From Firmicutes bacterium CAG:341 (lineage in GTDB: Bacteria > Bacillota > Clostridia > Oscillospirales > Acutalibacteraceae), in the NCBI GenBank assembly GCA_000434995.1, contig FR895304.1:29582-93581 (forward strand): 64,000 bases of DNA. The letters run 5' to 3'. How positions within the stretch are numbered: position 1 is the stretch's first letter; every line of letters starts with the position of its first letter. This document shows, in pieces, positions 58,993 to 64,000 of the stretch. Under the pieces are notes generated by a model. The model did not search any database. It was not told the DNA's origin and saw only the letters and a list, made by a program, of their open reading frames with translations. A program made the position numbers and the translations under genes.

Positions 58993-59568
58993 ATGGACAT
59001 TGAAAGCTACATTCAGGAGGCTGTTTTCGGGGAGAATGAACAGCACACTTGTTTTTACCAACTGATGTGGGATACTTTTAAAGAAAGCGGCTTTGTTATC
59101 ACAGATGAAGACGGCCACGAAATCGACGCAATTTTTAAAGCTACCGCACTTCAAAATCTTTTAGGCGAATTTATGTACAGGCTTTATGATGAAGTTAACG
59201 AAATCGGGCTTGAAGATGTTATTGAATATGTGCAAACACTCGGCTTTAGTGACGAAGACATAATCAACTACTGCAATGCCGATGATGAAATTGAAGTTGA
59301 CGAAGATGATTTTGACCTGACGGTTAAAAACGCACTTGATTACATCACGGAAATCACAGCTGATAAAATGCTCGAAGAATTTTCGACAGATGATATTTTT
59401 GATTTAATGTTTACTGCAACATATGCTTTTGAGCAGGATTTCACATTCGATTTTGAAGATTATGACGAAATGCAGGCATTTATTGATACAAATCATGACC
59501 AGCTTGATAATTATAAAGAAGAATATCCGTCAGTAATGAATTGGATTGAAGCAGGTATGATTTGCTGA
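58993..59568 (+). CDS. Highly acidic hypothetical protein.
   Basis: 191 aa, very Asp/Glu rich, no basic patches. Confidence 0.55.
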   Translation: MDIESYIQEAVFGENEQHTCFYQLMWDTFKESGFVITDEDGHEIDAIFKATALQNLLGEFMYRLYDEVNEIGLEDVIEYVQTLGFSDEDIINYCNADDEIEVDEDDFDLTVKNALDYITEITADKMLEEFSTDDIFDLMFTATYAFEQDFTFDFEDYDEMQAFIDTNHDQLDNYKEEYPSVMNWIEAGMIC

Positions 59569-59579
59569 TAAAAAGATAA

Positions 59580-59613
59580 ATCCCTATGCAGATTTAATCT
59601 GCATAGGGATTTT
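59580..59613. terminator. Bidirectional terminator between the acidic protein gene and lepA.
   Basis: 14-bp stem aaatccctatgcag/ctgcatagggattt with T-tracts on both strands. Confidence 0.75.
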
Positions 59614-61431
59614 TTATTCTTCATCGCTTGAAAGCTTAAGCACTGCAAGGAATGCTTCCTGTGGCACTTCAACCTGACCAAACTGGCGCATACGCTTTTT
59701 ACCTTCTTTTTGCTTTTCAAGAAGTTTTTTCTTACGCGTTACATCGCCGCCGTAGCACTTGGCAAGTACATCTTTGCGAAGTGCTTTAACAGTTTCTCTC
59801 GCAATAACCTTTCCGCCGATTGCAACTTGAATTGGAATCTCAAACAAATGGCGTGGAATATGCTTTTTAAGCTGTTCGGCAATTCTTCTTGCACGGGCAT
59901 ACGCTTTTTCCCTATGAATAATAAACGAAAGTGCGTCGATAATATCCCCGTTCAAAAGAACATCGACCTTGCACAAATCACTCTTTCTGTAATCTGAAAG
60001 TTCATAATCAAATGACGCATAGCCCCTTGTTCTTGACTTAAGGTCATCAAAGAAATCATATATAATTTCGTTAAGCGGCATTTCATAGTGAATATCAACA
60101 CGGTCGGTTGTAATATATTTCATATCTTTAAAAATACCGCGCCTATCCTGGCACATATCCATAACCGTGCCGACATAATCACTCGGAACATAAATATATG
60201 CATTTGCAAAAGGTTCTTCGCAATAATCAATATATGCCGGGTCAGGATAATTAGTCGGGTTATCAATTTCCACCATTGAACCGTCGGTCATATGAATTTT
60301 ATATACAACACTCGGCACAGTTGTAATAAGGTCAAGATTATATTCCCTTTCTAACCTTTCCTGAATAATTTCAAGATGAAGAAGGCCTAAAAATCCACAC
60401 CTGAAACCGAAACCGAGAGCACCCGATGTTTCCGGCTCATATGAAAGCGACGCATCATTAAGCTGCAATTTTTCAAGTGCATCACGCAAATTTTCATAAT
60501 CTGCACCGTCTGCCGGATACACACCGCAGAAAACCATTGGATTAACCTTGCGATAGCCCGGCAAAGCTTCAGGCGCAGGGTTAGTTGCAAGTGTAACCGT
60601 ATCACCAACTCGTGCGTCACCTACTGTTTTAATAGAAGCTGTAATATAGCCTACTTCACCGGCACAAAGTTCATCTGCCTTTTCAAGTGAGGTTGCACGC
60701 ATATAGCCGACTTCGACTACTGTAAATTCAGCACCGGTTGCCATCATACGCATAGTATCCCCGGCTTTGATTTTACCGTCCATAATTCTGACATAAACTA
60801 TTACACCGCGATATGAATCGTAAACCGAATCAAAAATCAAAGCTTTAAGCGGCTTATTATCATCACCCTGCGGCGGTTTAATTTCATTAACTATATATTC
60901 AAGTACTTCTTCAACATTTTGGCCTGTTTTAGCACTTACCCTCGGTGCATTCATACACTCAATACCAATAATATCTTCAACTTCCTGTGCCACTCTTTCA
61001 GGTTCGGCGGCAGGTAAATCAATTTTGTTTATAACAGGTAAAATATCAAGGTCGTGATCAAGTGCAAGATAAGTATTTGCAAGGGTTTGCGCTTCAACGC
61101 CCTGGGAAGCGTCAACTATTAAAATTGCGCCCTCGCAAGCTGCAAGTGAACGCGAAACTTCATAATTAAAGTCAACATGGCCCGGAGTGTCTATAAGGTT
61201 AAATTCATAAAGCTCACCGTTTTTCGCTGTATAATCAAGCTTTACGGCGTGTGCCTTAATTGTGATACCGCGTTCACGCTCCAAATCCATATCATCAAGT
61301 ATCTGCTCCTGCATATCACGCTTTGCTACTGAGCTTGTAAGCTCCAACAACCTATCTGCAAGGGTGGATTTGCCATGGTCAATATGGGCAATTATTGAAA
61401 AATTTCTAATATGGTCCTTACTTACTGACAA
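59614..61431 (-). CDS. lepA: Elongation factor 4.
   Basis: 605 aa. AHIDHGKST GTPase motif and LepA C-terminal domain. Confidence 0.95.
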   Translation of the reverse strand: MSVSKDHIRNFSIIAHIDHGKSTLADRLLELTSSVAKRDMQEQILDDMDLERERGITIKAHAVKLDYTAKNGELYEFNLIDTPGHVDFNYEVSRSLAACEGAILIVDASQGVEAQTLANTYLALDHDLDILPVINKIDLPAAEPERVAQEVEDIIGIECMNAPRVSAKTGQNVEEVLEYIVNEIKPPQGDDNKPLKALIFDSVYDSYRGVIVYVRIMDGKIKAGDTMRMMATGAEFTVVEVGYMRATSLEKADELCAGEVGYITASIKTVGDARVGDTVTLATNPAPEALPGYRKVNPMVFCGVYPADGADYENLRDALEKLQLNDASLSYEPETSGALGFGFRCGFLGLLHLEIIQERLEREYNLDLITTVPSVVYKIHMTDGSMVEIDNPTNYPDPAYIDYCEEPFANAYIYVPSDYVGTVMDMCQDRRGIFKDMKYITTDRVDIHYEMPLNEIIYDFFDDLKSRTRGYASFDYELSDYRKSDLCKVDVLLNGDIIDALSFIIHREKAYARARRIAEQLKKHIPRHLFEIPIQVAIGGKVIARETVKALRKDVLAKCYGGDVTRKKKLLEKQKEGKKRMRQFGQVEVPQEAFLAVLKLSSDEE

Positions 61432-61448
61432 GAGATTTTATCCTTTCA

Positions 61449-62588
61449 TTACTGTTTGTTTTCTTCTTTAACAGTTTCTTTTAACATTTTTATATCGCTT
61501 TTTATTCTTTTTCTGCTATGGAAAAATTTATCAAAAAGACGAATTATATAGTACGCAAAAAGCAAATACGGCTTTTTGGTTAAAACAGGGTATGTCCTTT
61601 TCATATATGCCTTTGACGGAAAAATTTTAGACCTGTAATATTTAGAAACGGAAACATCACCGTGCTTTGACCTATATTCATCATAATAAAGTTTTGCGCC
61701 GGTAACTCCACCACTGCCATATATGCCAAATGAAAGAGATTCATTAAGAAACAAAACCTGCGAGTTTGTGATTTCTTTATCATCAAAAAGTGCAAAGCAA
61801 ATACTTCTCACATCAAATTCAAAATCAACAAGTCCCATTTTTTCAAGCTTTGAATCAATATAAGCTTTATCAAGTTCATCTTTAAGCTTTGTTAGCAAAA
61901 CATAAACATCAGCAAAAAATCTGATTCCGAAACCGCCTAAAATATAATGTTTATACATATGCGCAATTGTATGCAAATAAAGGTCATTTGAACTCATATG
62001 ATATTCAAATTCTTTTTTATCATCTTTGGAAGCATTATCCCAAACATCCGAAAAATCAGGATTAAAATCATGCTCTTCAAAGAACAGTTCTCTGTGCCAT
62101 TCAAAAGTATAATACGGCTTTTTGAAAAAATCGTCTGAATTTTCACTGCTTGAAGTAAGATTAAATCCGCGATTTTTCATAATTGAGATAAGCTCGTTTC
62201 TTTTGCTGACATCATAAAGAATATCATAATCGCTCATCTGCCTCATCTTTTGAAGCGGATAATAATTTTTAATCACTCCGCCTTTTAAAAGCATATATTT
62301 AATGCCTGCACCGTTTAATTCTTTTTCTATCTGTTTAAGCTCATTTTTCATTGCAATCATACGCACAAGCTCGTTTTGAGAATAGAAAATCAATTCCTGC
62401 GCCTGCTCTGGCGGAATATTGATTTTATTTATAATCGGGGCAATTGTGGAATAAACCTGCTGCTTTTTTGATATATTAACAAGTTCTTTCCAATTAAGGC
62501 CGGCAGGAATATCAGGCACATTTTGCGACTTTAACGCACATTTAAGGAGTGCCACAAGATATTCGCTTTCAATTGATGTAAATTCCAT
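61449..62588 (-). CDS. Putative nucleotidyltransferase-fold protein (NTP_transf_5-like).
   Basis: 379 aa. LKGGV…SDYDIL G[GS]-x(n)-DhD motif. Translationally coupled to the upstream PqqD-like gene. Confidence 0.5.
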   Translation of the reverse strand: MEFTSIESEYLVALLKCALKSQNVPDIPAGLNWKELVNISKKQQVYSTIAPIINKINIPPEQAQELIFYSQNELVRMIAMKNELKQIEKELNGAGIKYMLLKGGVIKNYYPLQKMRQMSDYDILYDVSKRNELISIMKNRGFNLTSSSENSDDFFKKPYYTFEWHRELFFEEHDFNPDFSDVWDNASKDDKKEFEYHMSSNDLYLHTIAHMYKHYILGGFGIRFFADVYVLLTKLKDELDKAYIDSKLEKMGLVDFEFDVRSICFALFDDKEITNSQVLFLNESLSFGIYGSGGVTGAKLYYDEYRSKHGDVSVSKYYRSKIFPSKAYMKRTYPVLTKKPYLLFAYYIIRLFDKFFHSRKRIKSDIKMLKETVKEENKQ

Positions 62589-62590
62589 AA

Positions 62591-62866
62591 TTATTCCTCA
62601 ATAAGATTCTTCGATTTAAGAAGATTTAAAAGTTCGTTAACATCAGCTTTTACGGTGGCTTCGTCAACTTCATATTTATCCATCATAGCTTTAACTATGC
62701 TTTCTTCTGTCTGCTCTGTTTTAAGAAGTTCAAAAATATAAGCAGCAGTAGGATTATTTTTAATAAGACCGTTAAAGCTTTTTGAAGCCTCACCGGTAGC
62801 AATAGCAAAGCTTTCACCGTCTATTGAATTTGTTACAATTCCGTTTTTAAGTTTCATAAATATCAC
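62591..62866 (-). CDS. PqqD family protein (RiPP recognition element-like).
   Basis: 91 aa. PqqD-like profile (SIDGESFAIATGEASKSFNGLIKNNPTAAYIFELL…). Confidence 0.6.
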   Translation of the reverse strand: MIFMKLKNGIVTNSIDGESFAIATGEASKSFNGLIKNNPTAAYIFELLKTEQTEESIVKAMMDKYEVDEATVKADVNELLNLLKSKNLIEE

Positions 62867-62881
62867 CTTTATATTTTAGTA

Positions 62882-64000
62882 TTATATTTTTTCTACCAAT
62901 GCAACTGCTTCGATATGCGGCGTACGCGGAAACATATCAACAGCAGATACTTTCTTTGTTTTATATCCCTTTTCTTCAAGTATTTTTAAATCTCTTGCAA
63001 GAGTTGAGCTATCACATGATACATAAACTATCCTTTTAGGATTCATTTGGCAAACAGTATCAAAAAGTGACGGTGCACAACCCTTTCGCGGTGGGTCAAG
63101 AATAATCACATCAGGCTTAATGCCCTCGGATTTTAAAATTTCAGCACCTTTTGGTGCGTCTGCACAAATAAACTTTGCATTATCTATATTATTAAGCTTG
63201 GCATTGATTTTCGCATTTTCTATTGCCTGCGGAATAATTTCAATTCCAACCAACTGTTTAACACTGTCTGCCATAGTTAAACCGATTGTGCCGACACCGC
63301 AGTAAAGATCAAGCAGAACTTCGTCCCCGCCGAGATTTGCATAATCACGAGCCTTTGAATAAAGCTTTTCACACTGGGCATGGTTAACTTGGTAAAAAGA
63401 ATTCGGGCTGATAACAAATTTTTTACCGAGAAGTTCATCGCTAATATAATCATCACCCCAAAGTGTTTTACTTTCCTTACCTAAAATAACATTTGACTTT
63501 TCACGGTTAATATTGATTACAACAGATTTTAAACCTGCAACCTTTTCTTTTAAAAGCGAAACAAGAAGTTCACTTTGCGGCAGTTTACCTGAATTTATAA
63601 CAGCACAAGCCATAATATCGCCGCTTGCAAAACCTTTCCTGAAATATATATGGCGAAGCAGACCTTTTCCTGTATTTTCATCATACGATGTAATATCGGC
63701 TTTTTCTGCCCAAATCCTAAATGCGTCAAGCCCTGCTTTAAACTCAATCGGCTGAAGCTTGCAATCATCACAACATATAATTCTATGGCTTTTATAAGCA
63801 TAAAAACCGGCAAAAAGTTCACCATCACATATTGAAACGGGATACTGCGCTTTATTGCGATAATTTTGTGTACAATCGGCACCTATTATTTCCTCAACTT
63901 CAATATCAAGCTTACCTATTCGCTCTAAAGCATCATTAACCCTCGTTCTTTTATATTTCAGCTCTTCATCATAACTTACATTTCTAAATGAGCAGCCGCC
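62882..64000 (-). CDS. rlmD: 23S rRNA (uracil-C5)-methyltransferase RlmD/RumA family; the N-terminus runs past the window edge.
   Basis: The reading frame stays open upstream of the first ATG to the window end, with the CGGCSF Fe-S/TRAM region. C-terminal SAM-MTase motifs DLYCGVGTIG and DPPRKG. Confidence 0.8.
   Translation of the reverse strand, partial: GGCSFRNVSYDEELKYKRTRVNDALERIGKLDIEVEEIIGADCTQNYRNKAQYPVSICDGELFAGFYAYKSHRIICCDDCKLQPIEFKAGLDAFRIWAEKADITSYDENTGKGLLRHIYFRKGFASGDIMACAVINSGKLPQSELLVSLLKEKVAGLKSVVININREKSNVILGKESKTLWGDDYISDELLGKKFVISPNSFYQVNHAQCEKLYSKARDYANLGGDEVLLDLYCGVGTIGLTMADSVKQLVGIEIIPQAIENAKINAKLNNIDNAKFICADAPKGAEILKSEGIKPDVIILDPPRKGCAPSLFDTVCQMNPKRIVYVSCDSSTLARDLKILEEKGYKTKKVSAVDMFPRTPHIEAVALVEKI

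Noticed and set aside
58993-59568. ArdA anti-restriction protein.
   Set aside because: It is acidic like ArdA, but none of the conserved ArdA sequence blocks could be recognised by eye. It is reported only as an acidic protein of unknown function.

Overview
This 64 kb window looks like chromosomal DNA from a low-GC Gram-positive (Clostridia-like) genome, and almost every gene is on the minus strand. Housekeeping genes recognisable from the translations include infC (partial), mltG, pyk, ispE, an aspartate-type aminotransferase, an lrp-like regulator, nnr, acpS, a GH2 beta-galactosidase, the atpBEF(H-A)GDC operon, proS, galE, a split metH with metF, rplM-rpsI, the PFOR gene nifJ, nadE, lepA and rlmD (partial). 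The main accessory feature is a complete 17 kb Tad/Flp pilus locus (about 3.6 to 20.2 kb) on the minus strand. Its gene order is tadV (prepilin peptidase), flp pilin, tadE, cpaB, tadZ/cpaE, tadA/cpaF, tadB, tadC, a DUF192 gene, a DivIVA-domain gene and a giant 2892-aa gene. The giant protein has an N-terminal TadG/TadE-like pseudopilin domain followed by about 2700 residues of Asn/Gly-rich beta-helix-like repeats. I read it as a probable pilus-associated adhesin, and it is the most unusual system in the window. A second accessory block is a 1.7 kb cassette (41.6 to 43.3 kb) bounded by an identical ~40-nt terminator hairpin on each side. It carries two convergent perfect-consensus promoters around a 24-aa hydrophobic, lysine-tailed peptide ORF whose ribosome-binding site is sequestered (a type I toxin-antitoxin architecture), a double zinc-ribbon membrane protein, and a divergent XRE regulator with two palindromic operators. 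The ATP-synthase delta and alpha genes are read as one continuous ORF. The rpsI 3' end and its terminator are duplicated ~280 bp downstream around a structured 235-nt spacer. There is an AT-rich GNAT-containing islet, and an orphan PqqD plus nucleotidyltransferase pair. I found no CRISPR array, rRNA or tRNA gene.
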